Assembly (NCBI GenBank): GCA_947053645.1
Contig: CAMRTM010000004.1
Coordinates: forward strand, 1 to 55,676
Origin: an uncultured Bacillota bacterium
Lineage (GTDB): Bacteria > Bacillota > Clostridia > Christensenellales > UBA1242
Direction: 5' to 3'
DNA: 55,676 bases
This document shows positions 29,729 through 39,405 of the stretch, piece after piece; the first letter of the stretch is position 1, and every line of letters starts with the position of its first letter. The position numbers were made by a program, and so were the translations under genes. The notes beneath the pieces are model-generated. The model ran no database searches. It was given only the letters and a program-made list of their open reading frames with translations, and was not told the DNA's origin.

Positions 29729-31152
29729 TTCAGCCTCACTTTGTTTTTATTATGAAAGGACTCCGGCCTTAAATGTATATCTGCTATATTTTCCTTAAAC
29801 ACTCCGTCTTGAAGGTCATTTTTTATTCTTGGGCTATAAGGAGCAAGATAGGGCGAACCATAACTATCAATTTTATTTAAATAGTTTGTAAAATAGACAA
29901 GTCCTCCTACAACACCAAGCATTCCGAGTGAGCCACCAAGAATAATGAATATCACCTGTAAAAGCGTGACCTGTGATGATTGTTGTGGCACCAAATATAA
30001 TGCTATCTTTGACACCGCGACTATAATTACTCCCGGCGGCGAAATAAGCCCCGCTTTAACACCAGTGTCACCCAAAATTAACGCCCCAACTACTGAAGTG
30101 GCAAGTCCTAGATAACTTGGCAGACGCAAACTGACCTCATATAAAATTTGGAATAGGAAAAATATAAATACAATTTCTATAAATGGAGTAAAGGGCAGTC
30201 CCTGTGTTGTGTCCGCTATTGTTATAAGGAAATTTAACGGCAAAATATTGTAATGATAAAGTTGCAGAGCAAGATATAGCCCAGATGAAATTATTGCCAT
30301 TATTATACCGATAAGCCTTATCGCACGAATGAAACTTGAATAATGATGATTGGTGTAATAATCGTTACTGTTTTGCAAATCTTCAAAAAGAATAAATGGG
30401 ACTGTAAGCACAATTGGCGAATTATCTACGATTATTCCAACTTTACCTTCTAATAATTTTGACGCGACAATATCTGGTTTTTCCGCCATACCTACCTGAC
30501 GAAACATTGAGTTTTCGTCCTCTTGTAAAAACCCTACAAGATAATAGGAATCCAAAATACCATCAATATCTATTTCTTTTAATCGTTTTTCTACTTTTTT
30601 AACCATCTTTTCGTCGGCTATACCATGAAGATATGTAATGACCACCTTTGTGTTTGAATAACTGCCGATTTTTAATTGTTTCATTACAAGGTCTTTTGAA
30701 GCAAGTCTTCTTCTCATTAAGGACATATTTGTCTTTAAATCTTCGGTAAAACCCTCGCGTGGTCCCATTATTACTGGAGATGTTGGTGGCTCACTTGGTA
30801 TTCGAGACGGGTACTTTAATAAGTCCACCGCGATAAACCTACTTTCCCCTTCTATTATTATAATTATTGCACCTTTTATTATATTGTCTACTATCTCATC
30901 TTCTTTGATTTCTGTTATATCATTGGATTTTAATATATCTTCTTGAAGACTGGTAATATTTAAAGGTTTTTCTGTTAATGCTATAGGTTTATATATAGTT
31001 TCCGCAAATAACTGTCCATCAGTTATACTTTTAAGATAGATAAAGCCCAGCCTATCTTTCCCCTTAGACAGGACTCTACTTGCAAAATCGCTACTTGAAT
31101 GAAACGCATTCTTGATTTTTTGTATCTTTGTTTCTACCTTCAAAAAAGACAT
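29725..31152 (-). CDS. Germinant receptor subunit A (GerAA family)
   Basis: GPREGFTE, EKPD..ASKLLEG, RLPS...SVVGALILG and YGSPYLAP motifs. Confidence 0.92.
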   Translation of the reverse strand: MSFLKVETKIQKIKNAFHSSSDFASRVLSKGKDRLGFIYLKSITDGQLFAETIYKPIALTEKPLNITSLQEDILKSNDITEIKEDEIVDNIIKGAIIIIIEGESRFIAVDLLKYPSRIPSEPPTSPVIMGPREGFTEDLKTNMSLMRRRLASKDLVMKQLKIGSYSNTKVVITYLHGIADEKMVKKVEKRLKEIDIDGILDSYYLVGFLQEDENSMFRQVGMAEKPDIVASKLLEGKVGIIVDNSPIVLTVPFILFEDLQNSNDYYTNHHYSSFIRAIRLIGIIMAIISSGLYLALQLYHYNILPLNFLITIADTTQGLPFTPFIEIVFIFFLFQILYEVSLRLPSYLGLATSVVGALILGDTGVKAGLISPPGVIIVAVSKIALYLVPQQSSQVTLLQVIFIILGGSLGMLGVVGGLVYFTNYLNKIDSYGSPYLAPYSPRIKNDLQDGVFKENIADIHLRPESFHNKNKVRLK

Positions 31153-31201
31153 ACTCTCCTCTTTGAAGATAGTATGTCTTATGAAAATTAAAATTATGCT
31201 A

Positions 31202-32065
31202 TTAATTAAGATAAACTATTTCATCATTGTAAAAATTGAAATCATCAGCGGTAGGAGCCACCCCTATAGTTGCACCACTTTCGTATATTGCTGATATATC
31301 CGCTCTATACCTGTATTTTTCGCCCTCTTTAATACCTTCAACTTTTACCTCTCGTTTAATTCCGTTAATGAAAACATTTACATAGTTCAGTACATCTATT
31401 GAATTAAATGACAAAACATGGTTATTTAATTCGAGTTCTGACACCTTGGACAAGACATGTGTTATACGAGTTTCTCTTAAGATATTTGAAGGTTGGCTGT
31501 GTCTTAAATTCTGATTATTAGAATATGCAACCACAAAAATATCATGATTTCCAGTAGCTAAATTTTGAAAAGAAATTTTATTTGTATCTGCTATTGTCAC
31601 CTTGTTGCCTGTATAAACTTCATAGTAATCCGCACCCTTCACTTCCTGCCATGAAATTAAATTATCTTCAAGTATTATAAGTGGAGCGGAAAGATAGGAA
31701 TAACTGTGCCAAGTAATTTCCTTGCTATACTGGCTATTATTTCCCTCCATTTCACCTAAGTAACATACACTTATATTGTAATTTTCCCCTACTTTAACTC
31801 TTTCCTCATTACTGAGGTTAAGAATATTTGTTTCACTATCAATATTAAAGGCTTGTCCGCCACCTGTAAATTTAAATCTATAACCTCTATAACTTTCATT
31901 TGCTTTTGTCATAACAAAAACATTGCCGCCGTCGTCTAAAATTTCTACAACAGGAGCCTCGGCTAAATTCCTATTGATGATAAATCCTGTTATAAGACCT
32001 ACACATAACAAAATTCCAGCCAATGCACATAAAGATATTAAGGTTATTTTTCCTTTCTTATTCAT
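31202..32065 (-). CDS. Membrane-anchored extracellular protein with fibronectin-III-like beta domains
   Basis: N-terminal TM; LSAP...ISW..V.GA.YYEVY...HS.PSN pattern. Confidence 0.55.
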   Translation of the reverse strand: MNKKGKITLISLCALAGILLCVGLITGFIINRNLAEAPVVEILDDGGNVFVMTKANESYRGYRFKFTGGGQAFNIDSETNILNLSNEERVKVGENYNISVCYLGEMEGNNSQYSKEITWHSYSYLSAPLIILEDNLISWQEVKGADYYEVYTGNKVTIADTNKISFQNLATGNHDIFVVAYSNNQNLRHSQPSNILRETRITHVLSKVSELELNNHVLSFNSIDVLNYVNVFINGIKREVKVEGIKEGEKYRYRADISAIYESGATIGVAPTADDFNFYNDEIVYLN

Positions 32066-32201
32066 ACTATATTAGTATATATTTTTATTTCATTTCAAGT
32101 CAAACTATTTTTTAAACATATTTCTTAAAAACATTTTCAAAATAGATATTGACAAAACTTGAAACTCATGCTAAAATATAATCATATATTTGGAGGGAAT
32201 A

Positions 32202-32765
32202 ATGGATTTTAATTATCTTACAATGACACAAAAAGTTGCACTTCTTCTTGGAATAATTTTCTCAGTACTTGCAGTTGCATCTACATTCTTCGCATTTAAA
32301 AATGCAGACAGGATAAAATCAAAGGTACTAGGTCTTATTTTATCATTAATAATGCCTTTCCTTGCTATGACATCTTGGATGATATTGATTTTCTCTTTCT
32401 TAGACGGATTTAAAAATGACGATGTTATGATAATATTTGTATCACTCGCACTTTGCATTGTAATCTGCCTAATGATTTTAGTAATCGCAAACGCACTTTA
32501 CCATAAACATGACAAAAATATGACTGGCGAAAAGAGTGAGAAAATTGAAGAGGAAAAAGTTGTTGAAACAGCACCACAAGAAGTAACTAACGAAGTAAGC
32601 GAAGAGGAAGTAACTGACGAAGAAGAAATCAGCGAAGAAACACAAGAAGAAATTGTACAAAAACTTTCTGAAGAGGCATTAGAAAATACTGAAGTAGATG
32701 AAGAAGTTATAGAAGAAATCACTGAAGAGGAAACTACAACATCTGACGACACTGACGCTGAATAA
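32202..32765 (+). CDS. Three-TM membrane protein with highly acidic C-terminal tail
   Basis: Three hydrophobic segments followed by a Glu/Thr-rich tail; SD GGAGG. Confidence 0.7.
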   Translation: MDFNYLTMTQKVALLLGIIFSVLAVASTFFAFKNADRIKSKVLGLILSLIMPFLAMTSWMILIFSFLDGFKNDDVMIIFVSLALCIVICLMILVIANALYHKHDKNMTGEKSEKIEEEKVVETAPQEVTNEVSEEEVTDEEEISEETQEEIVQKLSEEALENTEVDEEVIEEITEEETTTSDDTDAE

Positions 32766-32803
32766 AAAACCTTGTAATAAGTAACGCAAAATCTGAAACA
32801 AAT

Positions 32804-32835
32804 AAAAAGTCACATCAAATTTGATGTGACTTTTT
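32804..32835. terminator. Perfect 32-bp palindrome, likely bidirectional terminator
   Basis: AAAAAGTCACATCAAA|TTTGATGTGACTTTTT between convergent genes. Confidence 0.7.
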
Positions 32836-33054
32836 TCAATTTCTCTTTTTATCAAATTCTTTAGCAAGAGCAAGTCGTTGTTTTTGGTCATTGACAAAGT
32901 GCAAAACTCCTTTCTCTACATAACCAATTTCTAAGTCTCCACAGTTAACTTCATATAACAGAAGGAATTCCATGTCATCAGATCCAAATTTTTCACTTCT
33001 CTGCACAGTAAACAAATTGCCTGATTTTGTTTTTATTACATCATTTACTTTCAT
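32836..33054 (-). CDS. Hypothetical 72-aa protein
   Basis: Overlaps the upstream ORF end; SD AGGAGG precedes the ATG. Confidence 0.65.
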   Translation of the reverse strand: MKVNDVIKTKSGNLFTVQRSEKFGSDDMEFLLLYEVNCGDLEIGYVEKGVLHFVNDQKQRLALAKEFDKKRN

Positions 33055-34171
33055 CTTCTGCCTCCTTTACCTTACCTATCTCTTCCAATACAACTTCATT
33101 GAGCAGATCTTCAATACAGCCCGACACTAACTTATCTTTTAAGTTACCAGCTCCATTCTTATTTTTCTTGCTATGCTTTAGCCAGCTTGCAATGCCAATA
33201 CCAAGACCTATTGACCCTATGGAGCCAATCCACGGATTATAATTTCCTTCTGCTATGCTCACAAACCCTAATATCACAAGAGCCGCTCCCAAACCAATAG
33301 CTGTACCTTCAAGTACCCCCTTTAATACTTTCTTTCCATTACCTTCAGGAGTTGCTGTCATATATTCGGCAAGCTTAACCATATTTTCGGTAGGGTTCTC
33401 TGTCAATTTTTGTACAACTCTTTCAACCACAACGGGATCATGGAGTTCAATGATTCTATCAATTTCTTCACTTTGCTTTGGGTTTAGTTGGGCTCCCATC
33501 TGATTAAACGCCTCTTCAACACTCATTTGAGCCAAGTCCTTTAAATCGTCTTTTGCATAACTTCTTTCTCTATCAATCATTTCTTGGATTTCCACTGCTC
33601 CTGTTTGACCAATATCTTCAAGTTCATGTAATTCTTCTTCTAATTCAAGTAATTCTTTTTGTTTTAAGTCAGCACCTATTTTTATATATTGTGCACGGTT
33701 GGCAAGCCCCTTTTTATAAATTTCATTATATTGTTTGTTATCGCTTGCCATGTTATGTTTTTTGCTATCTCTTACTATGCTATCAAAGAACTTTTTAGAC
33801 TTAATAAACGAATATTTTGTACCATTAAAAACGCCGCAAATATAACAATCTTCTTCAGAGGCATTTCTTAAAGAATCTATTGATTCTTGCACATCTTTAA
33901 ATTTGTGACCATATCGTTTAACAAAATCTTCTACAAGTACTTGTTCAGGACTTTTTTGTTCTAATTCTTTTATTATGTTAGAACAATCAACTATATTACT
34001 TCCAATTTTTGGGTTTCTATACCCTTCATCCCCTTTTTTATCAAAGAGTCTTTTGAAATATCTTAACTCGACTTGCAAGTGTTCCAGCCTTTGAAGCTTG
34101 AACTCATCTGCAAGATTAGGGTGATTTTCTACATAATTTTCTATCCAATGTTTAATTTGTTCTTCTGTCAT
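33041..34171 (-). CDS. Hypothetical helical protein with C-terminal Gly-rich hydrophobic hairpin (376 aa)
   Basis: ATG at 34171 with SD AGGAGG; charged helical N-terminal part; two hydrophobic segments near the C-terminus. Confidence 0.75.
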   Translation of the reverse strand: MTEEQIKHWIENYVENHPNLADEFKLQRLEHLQVELRYFKRLFDKKGDEGYRNPKIGSNIVDCSNIIKELEQKSPEQVLVEDFVKRYGHKFKDVQESIDSLRNASEEDCYICGVFNGTKYSFIKSKKFFDSIVRDSKKHNMASDNKQYNEIYKKGLANRAQYIKIGADLKQKELLELEEELHELEDIGQTGAVEIQEMIDRERSYAKDDLKDLAQMSVEEAFNQMGAQLNPKQSEEIDRIIELHDPVVVERVVQKLTENPTENMVKLAEYMTATPEGNGKKVLKGVLEGTAIGLGAALVILGFVSIAEGNYNPWIGSIGSIGLGIGIASWLKHSKKNKNGAGNLKDKLVSGCIEDLLNEVVLEEIGKVKEAEDESK

Positions 34172-34190
34172 ATTTTTTCCTCCTGTTTCC

Positions 34191-34217
34191 ATTATACGCG
34201 GGGGGGGGATTTGTCAA
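34191..34217 (-). promoter_or_regulatory. Sigma-A promoter with homopolymer (C9 on the coding strand) in a 15-bp spacer
   Basis: Minus strand TTGACA-AATCCCCCCCCCGCG-TATAAT. Confidence 0.75.
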
Positions 34218-34290
34218 GTTTTTTTTAAAAATTCACATAAATTCTTTTAAATTTTATTTTAAAGTGTGTTGTTTTTCATAAAAATAATAA

Positions 34291-34324
34291 AAAGCCCAAA
34301 ATCATTACATTGATTTTGGGCTTT
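34291..34324 (-). terminator. leuS terminator
   Basis: AAAGCCCAAAATCA...TGATTTTGGGCTTT inverted repeat. Confidence 0.7.
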
Positions 34325-34367
34325 CTTTTCAAATTGATTTCAAATTTACATGACCAACATAAAATAT

Positions 34368-36749
34368 TTATTTCACTATCAAATTTACAAGTCTATTTGG
34401 AACAACAATCTCTTTTACTATTGTTTTTCCTGAAATAAGTTCACTTACTTTTGAATCTGATTTTGCAAGTTTTAATACACTTTCATTTTCAGCATTTGCT
34501 TCAGCGACAATCCTTGAAACTATTTTACTATTGACTTGCACGACAAGTTCTACCTCGTTGTCCTTTGTTTTTTCTTCGTCATAGGTTGGCCATGGCTCAT
34601 ACGCAATGGTCTTTTTATTTCCAAACACCTTCTCCCAAAGTTCTTCCGTCATAAATGGAGCAACTGGATTTAAGAGTTTTAAGAAGCCGATAGCATACTC
34701 TTTTGGGAAAACCTCTTCCTTCATAACCGCATTGGTGAATATCATCATCTGACTTATTGCGGTGTTGAAATCAAGGTTTTCATAATCTGCAGCAACCTTC
34801 TTCACGGTTTGGTGATAAACCTTTTCAAGGTTTTTATTTTCATTATCTTTAATCTTACCGCTCTCAGTATATATACGCCATACTCTGTCAAGATATTTGC
34901 GTATACCTTCAATACCAGTTGTGTTCCATGGTTTAGAATCCTCGAGTGCCCCCATAAACATCTCATACATTCTAAGTGCATCCGCACCATAATCTCTCAC
35001 AAGGTCGTCAGGATTGACAACATTCCCACGGCTCTTACTCATCTTTTCACTATTTTCACCAAGAATCATACCTTGGTGGAAAAGTTTTTTAAATGGCTCT
35101 TTTACTGGAACGATACCTTTGTCATATAAATAGTTATTTAAAAATCTTGCATATAGAAGATGTCCGACAGCATGCTCATAGCCTCCAACATAAAGGTCTA
35201 CCGGCATCCAATGTCTAATAAGTTCTGGGTCAGCCATGGCTTTATCATTATTCGGGTCAAGGTATCTTAAATAGTACCAACTGCTACCCGCAGACCCTGG
35301 CATGGTATTGGTATCGCGTTTACCTTTTTTGCCATTAATAGTGACATTTGTCCATTCTCCGGCATTTTCAAGTGGTGGTAAGCCGTTTTTACCTTTATAT
35401 TCCTTCATTTCAGGCAGAGTAAGTGGTAATTTTTCCACAAGTTTCACGCTGCCGTCCTCCATATGAACAGCAGGAATAGGCTCCCCCCAATAACGCTGAC
35501 GAGAGAAAGTCCAGTCGCGAAGTTTATAGATAGTTGTGCCATGACCTTTTTTATTCTCTTCAAGCCACTCTATCATTTTGGCAATCGCCTGTTTATTATC
35601 AAGCCCATTCAAAAAGTCTGAATTTATATGTTTTCCACTTCCAGTGAAGCAGGTGTCCTCAGTCCCACCCTCTATTATTGGATAAATTGGAAGGTTATGT
35701 TTTTTTGCGAATGCGAAATCGCGCTCATCATGTGCTGGCACACCCATAACTGCCCCTGTGGCATAACTTGCAAGTACGTAATCGCCGATATATATTGGTA
35801 CCTTTCTGCCGTCAACCGGATTTATGGCATACGAGCCTGTAAACACACCCGTTTTTTCTTTATTAAGGCTGGTACGTTCCAAATCGCTCTTTTTCGCGCA
35901 CTCTTCAATATATTTTTCTACCGCAAGTTTCTGCTCTTTTGAAGTTATTTCATTTACAAGTTTATGCTCTGGTGCAAGCACGCAATATGAAAGTCCAAAA
36001 AGTGTATCTGCCCTTGTGGTGTACACCTCAAAGGTTTTGTCACTACCATAAATCTCAAACTTAATCACTGCCCCTTGACTTTTACCTATCCAGTTTCTTT
36101 GTATCTCCTTAGTGCTATTTGGCCAGTCCACTTCATTTAATCCGTCAAGCAGTCTTTCTGCATATTTTGGAGTATCGATAACCCATTGTTTCATTTTGCG
36201 TTTTACTACAGGAAAACCGCCTCGCTCACTTTTGCCGTCTACAATCTCGTCATTTGCAAGCACTGTACCAAGTCCTTCGCACCAGTTTACTGATGTTTCC
36301 GTATATTTTGCAAGCCCATCTTTATACAACTCTTCAAACCACCATTGTGTCCATTTATAGAATTTAGGGTCAGCGGTGGAAATAGTCCTATCCCAATCAA
36401 AAGAAAAACCAAGCATCTTTAATTGTCTGATATAGTTTGCTATATTCTTCTCAGTAAATCCACCTGGGTGATTTCCTGTACGTATTGCGTACTGCTCCGC
36501 TGGAAGTCCAAAAGCGTCAAACCCCATTGGATGAAGTACATTATAACCCTGCATCCTTTTCATACGCGCAACAATATCGGTTGCAGTATACCCTTCGGGA
36601 TGCCCTACATGCAATCCCTGTCCTGACGGATAAGGAAACATATCAAGTACATAATATTTAGGTTTTGAGAAATCCCATACATCTGTTTTAAATGTGCCTT
36701 CCTTATCCCACCTTTCCTGCCATTTTCTCTCTATTGCGTTAAAGTCCAT
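34368..36749 (-). CDS. leuS: Leucine--tRNA ligase
   Basis: [19 protein letters not shown] and [12 protein letters not shown] motifs. Confidence 0.97.
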   Translation of the reverse strand: MDFNAIERKWQERWDKEGTFKTDVWDFSKPKYYVLDMFPYPSGQGLHVGHPEGYTATDIVARMKRMQGYNVLHPMGFDAFGLPAEQYAIRTGNHPGGFTEKNIANYIRQLKMLGFSFDWDRTISTADPKFYKWTQWWFEELYKDGLAKYTETSVNWCEGLGTVLANDEIVDGKSERGGFPVVKRKMKQWVIDTPKYAERLLDGLNEVDWPNSTKEIQRNWIGKSQGAVIKFEIYGSDKTFEVYTTRADTLFGLSYCVLAPEHKLVNEITSKEQKLAVEKYIEECAKKSDLERTSLNKEKTGVFTGSYAINPVDGRKVPIYIGDYVLASYATGAVMGVPAHDERDFAFAKKHNLPIYPIIEGGTEDTCFTGSGKHINSDFLNGLDNKQAIAKMIEWLEENKKGHGTTIYKLRDWTFSRQRYWGEPIPAVHMEDGSVKLVEKLPLTLPEMKEYKGKNGLPPLENAGEWTNVTINGKKGKRDTNTMPGSAGSSWYYLRYLDPNNDKAMADPELIRHWMPVDLYVGGYEHAVGHLLYARFLNNYLYDKGIVPVKEPFKKLFHQGMILGENSEKMSKSRGNVVNPDDLVRDYGADALRMYEMFMGALEDSKPWNTTGIEGIRKYLDRVWRIYTESGKIKDNENKNLEKVYHQTVKKVAADYENLDFNTAISQMMIFTNAVMKEEVFPKEYAIGFLKLLNPVAPFMTEELWEKVFGNKKTIAYEPWPTYDEEKTKDNEVELVVQVNSKIVSRIVAEANAENESVLKLAKSDSKVSELISGKTIVKEIVVPNRLVNLIVK

Positions 36750-36836
36750 AATTGCTCCTTAAAATATGGTTAAAATATACCAAATACCTTAACTATTTGT
36801 CAAATAAATCTTTTTCATTTATTTTAGTAAATTCAG

Positions 36837-36865
36837 TTGACAAAGTTAATAATATGATATATAAT
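36837..36865 (+). promoter_or_regulatory. Consensus sigma-A promoter of rplJL
   Basis: TTGACA-N17-TATAAT. Confidence 0.8.
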
Positions 36866-36884
36866 AACATCGTTAAAATAAAGT

Positions 36885-37010
36885 CTTGTCCAAAGACAGC
36901 AAGTGCGAGAGCGTAAACACATTTAAGTGTACTTGCCGAGGAAGATGGTTTAGTTTGATATTCTTTATCTCTATGCCCCTTCCCGCACGGGCGTAGAGAT
37001 TTTTGTTTTA
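36885..37010 (+). ncRNA. Ribosomal protein L10 leader with attenuator hairpin
   Basis: AAGACAGCAAGT...TTAA...ACTTGCCGAGG core followed by ATCTCTATGCCC...GGGCGTAGAGAT-TTTT, upstream of rplJ. Boundaries approximate. Confidence 0.75.
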
Positions 37011-37063
37011 ATAACACAAAATTCTGTAGCAATTAAAATTTGCGAAAAAAAGGAGAAAAGGAC

Positions 37064-37582
37064 ATGAGTGCTAATTTAGAAGCAAAAAAACTTATCGTTG
37101 ATGAAATCAAAGATAAACTCTCTAGAGCAAAATCTGTTGCCTTCGTTGACTATAAGGGACTTACTGTTGCTGAAGACAATGCTATGCGCCGTGAGTTCAA
37201 AAAGAACGGTAGCGAATACAAAGTCTACAAAAACAGATTAATGCTCCTTGCACTTAACGAACTTGGTATCCAAGGTGCTGAAGAATATCTTCAAGGCACA
37301 AGTGCGGTTGCTTTTAGTTATGATGATGAAGTTGCTGGCGCAAAAATCGTTTGCGAAACAGCTGAAAAAACAAAAAAATTAACCGTTAAATTTGGTTTAC
37401 TTAATGGAAACTTCGTTGAAGGCAAGGAAATTGAACAATTGGCAAAACTTCCAAGCAAAGAAGTTCTTATTGCCAAATTACTTGGTACTCTCAATGGGCC
37501 TGCTAGTGCTCTTTGCAGAGTTCTTAACGCCCCTACACAAGGGCTTGCTATAGCATTAAATGCTATAGCTACAAAAAACTAA
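37064..37582 (+). CDS. rplJ: 50S ribosomal protein L10
   Basis: DYKGLTV, VYKNRL and LAKLPSKEVL motifs; ATG at 37064. Confidence 0.96.
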   Translation: MSANLEAKKLIVDEIKDKLSRAKSVAFVDYKGLTVAEDNAMRREFKKNGSEYKVYKNRLMLLALNELGIQGAEEYLQGTSAVAFSYDDEVAGAKIVCETAEKTKKLTVKFGLLNGNFVEGKEIEQLAKLPSKEVLIAKLLGTLNGPASALCRVLNAPTQGLAIALNAIATKN

Positions 37583-37604
37583 TTAAAATTGGAGGAATTT
37601 AAAA

Positions 37605-37982
37605 ATGGCTAATATTGCAAATCTTGTAGAAGAAATCAAAAAATTAACTATCGTTGAAGTTGCTGACCTTGTTAAAGCACTTGAAGACGAATTTGGTGTT
37701 AGTGCTGCTGCTCCTGTAGCAGTTGCTGCTGCCCCAGTTGCTGGTGCTGCTGCTCCAGCTGCTGAAGAAAAGAGCGAATTCACTGTTGCTCTTAAAGAAA
37801 TCGGCGCAAACAAAATCGCTGTTATTAAAGTAGTTAGAGAAATCACTGGTCTTGGACTTAGCGAAGCTAAAGCATTAGTTGACGCTTGCCCAAGCACAAT
37901 TAAAGAAAATGTTGCTACCGCTGAAGCTAAAGAAATGGAAGCAAAACTTAAAGAAGCTGGCGCAACTGTAGAACTTAAGTAA
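37605..37982 (+). CDS. rplL: 50S ribosomal protein L7/L12
   Basis: [28 protein letters not shown] and GATVELK. Confidence 0.97.
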   Translation: MANIANLVEEIKKLTIVEVADLVKALEDEFGVSAAAPVAVAAAPVAGAAAPAAEEKSEFTVALKEIGANKIAVIKVVREITGLGLSEAKALVDACPSTIKENVATAEAKEMEAKLKEAGATVELK

Positions 37983-38013
37983 TCGAATAAAAATATATTA
38001 AGAATTTTGTGTT

Positions 38014-38044
38014 TAAAAAAGCGGACTTAATTGTCCGTTTTTTT
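38014..38044 (+). repeat. rplL terminator; left copy of a direct repeat flanking the RNase cassette
   Basis: TAAAAAAGCGGACT-TAA-TTGTCCGTTTTTTT. Confidence 0.8.
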
Positions 38045-38146
38045 GTTGCAAAAAAGTGGCACAAAATATTGAAAAGACAAAAAACTCATGTTAACCTTTT
38101 TTCAAAGATTACAAATCTTTTGAGTTTTAAAAGGAGATATGATAAT

Positions 38147-38737
38147 ATGAGTATGTTTAATACACAAAAGTTAAATGATTTGATACTGCCAAATCTTAAC
38201 AAAAATGACATTTACTATTGTCAATACATACATCAAGAACTTTGCAAAACTGGCCCCTGCGAGAACATCTTCAATCCAGAAAGTAAACTTTGTTGCAAAC
38301 CATTTATCTGGCGAATACACGCATCCGATAATTTGCACACCCTGCCCAAACACCCAAACTGCGATTGTGCTTATCAAGATGTGCCAATCAAACCAGTTGG
38401 AACAATTTCAAACAGAAATGATGCCCCAGATGTTTGGCTTAAACTTTTTGGCAAACTTCCAGATTACTATATCACTAAACGGGAGGCTGAGGAAATATAT
38501 GGGTGGGACAGTTCTAAAAACACTCTCGCCGGTAAAGCACCTGGGAAAATGATAGGCGGAGATATATACAAAAACGATCCGGTACGATTACCTGTTAAAG
38601 AAGACCGAATTTGGTTTGAATGTGATGTAGATTATGAAAGCGGAAAACGAAAAAGTGATAGGCTATACTACTCAAATGATGGGTTAATGTTCTACTCACC
38701 TGATCATGGACAAAAACAATTTTATTGGATTAAATAA
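38147..38737 (+). CDS. Barnase-family ribonuclease with N-terminal Cys-rich MuF-like segment (putative polymorphic toxin)
   Basis: KLPDYYITKREA..GW...NTL..APGKMIGGDIY.N...LP...RIWFECDVDY.SG.R..DRL.YSNDGL..Y.PDH aligns by eye with barnase. LPKHPNCDC resembles the MuF PxHPNCRC motif. No signal peptide. Start moved to ATG 38147 (SD AAGGAG). Confidence 0.85.
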   Translation: MSMFNTQKLNDLILPNLNKNDIYYCQYIHQELCKTGPCENIFNPESKLCCKPFIWRIHASDNLHTLPKHPNCDCAYQDVPIKPVGTISNRNDAPDVWLKLFGKLPDYYITKREAEEIYGWDSSKNTLAGKAPGKMIGGDIYKNDPVRLPVKEDRIWFECDVDYESGKRKSDRLYYSNDGLMFYSPDHGQKQFYWIK

Positions 38738-38747
38738 GGAGTAAACT

Positions 38748-39071
38748 ATGAAACAAATTATATTTAATAAAAAAGATTATAAAGATTATAGAGATATGTA
38801 TCATGATATATGCGTTAAACTTGATAAAAATAGATTTCTTGATTGGCAAGATGATTATGAGGACTTAAATTATAATGGCAATCTTTTAAATGAATTTTTA
38901 TGGTATTGCCATAATGATAGTATTAATATTATACTTTTAAACTTTAATCGTGAAAAAATTTCTACACCTAAAAACTATGATGACTATGAATATAATATAA
39001 TTATAAGGAAACCTGAAGAATTTACTGAGGAATTTCCTAACAATACATTAGAATATAAAAATGAAGAGTAA
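38748..39071 (+). CDS. Barstar-like immunity protein, paralog 1
   Basis: Acidic ~107-aa protein directly after the RNase; barstar-like pattern I.F......D.Y..I..KL...Y...LLNEFL...I.LLNF. Confidence 0.65.
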   Translation: MKQIIFNKKDYKDYRDMYHDICVKLDKNRFLDWQDDYEDLNYNGNLLNEFLWYCHNDSINIILLNFNREKISTPKNYDDYEYNIIIRKPEEFTEEFPNNTLEYKNEE

Positions 39072-39073
39072 AT

Positions 39074-39400
39074 ATGAAAGAAATTATTTTTAATAAAAAA
39101 GATTACAAAGATTTTAGAGATATGTATCATGACATATGTGTTAAACTAGATAAAGATAGATTTATTGATTGGCGTGATGAATATGAAGATTTGCATTATC
39201 ATGCGGATTTATTAAATGAATTCTTATGGTATTGCAATGATGATAATTTGCATATCATTCTTTTAAATTTTGATAGGGAAAAGATTGCTTCTTACAAAAT
39301 CTATGACGACTATAAATACAACTTAATCTTAGAGGTTTTTGAAGATTTTGTGAAAAAATACCCCAACAACTCACTAGAATATAGAAACGAAGAAGAGTAG
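39074..39400 (+). CDS. Barstar-like immunity protein, paralog 2
   Basis: Clear paralog of the flanking ORFs (IIFNKK, RDMY, LNEFLWY, IILLNF, YDDY, NN.LEY.NEE). Confidence 0.65.
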   Translation: MKEIIFNKKDYKDFRDMYHDICVKLDKDRFIDWRDEYEDLHYHADLLNEFLWYCNDDNLHIILLNFDREKIASYKIYDDYKYNLILEVFEDFVKKYPNNSLEYRNEEE

Positions 39401-39405
39401 ATAAT

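Noticed and set aside
10222-36626. Many 60-160 aa antisense ORFs within mfd, the P-type ATPase, ftsH and leuS
   Set aside because: They are shadow frames of long conserved genes with no recognisable motifs.
36793-37032. 79-aa minus-strand ORF between leuS and rplJ
   Set aside because: It is antisense to the rplJL promoter and L10 leader and has no recognisable coding features.
38009-38146. N-terminal extension of the RNase ORF given in the track
   Set aside because: It runs through the rplL terminator; the SD supports ATG 38147.
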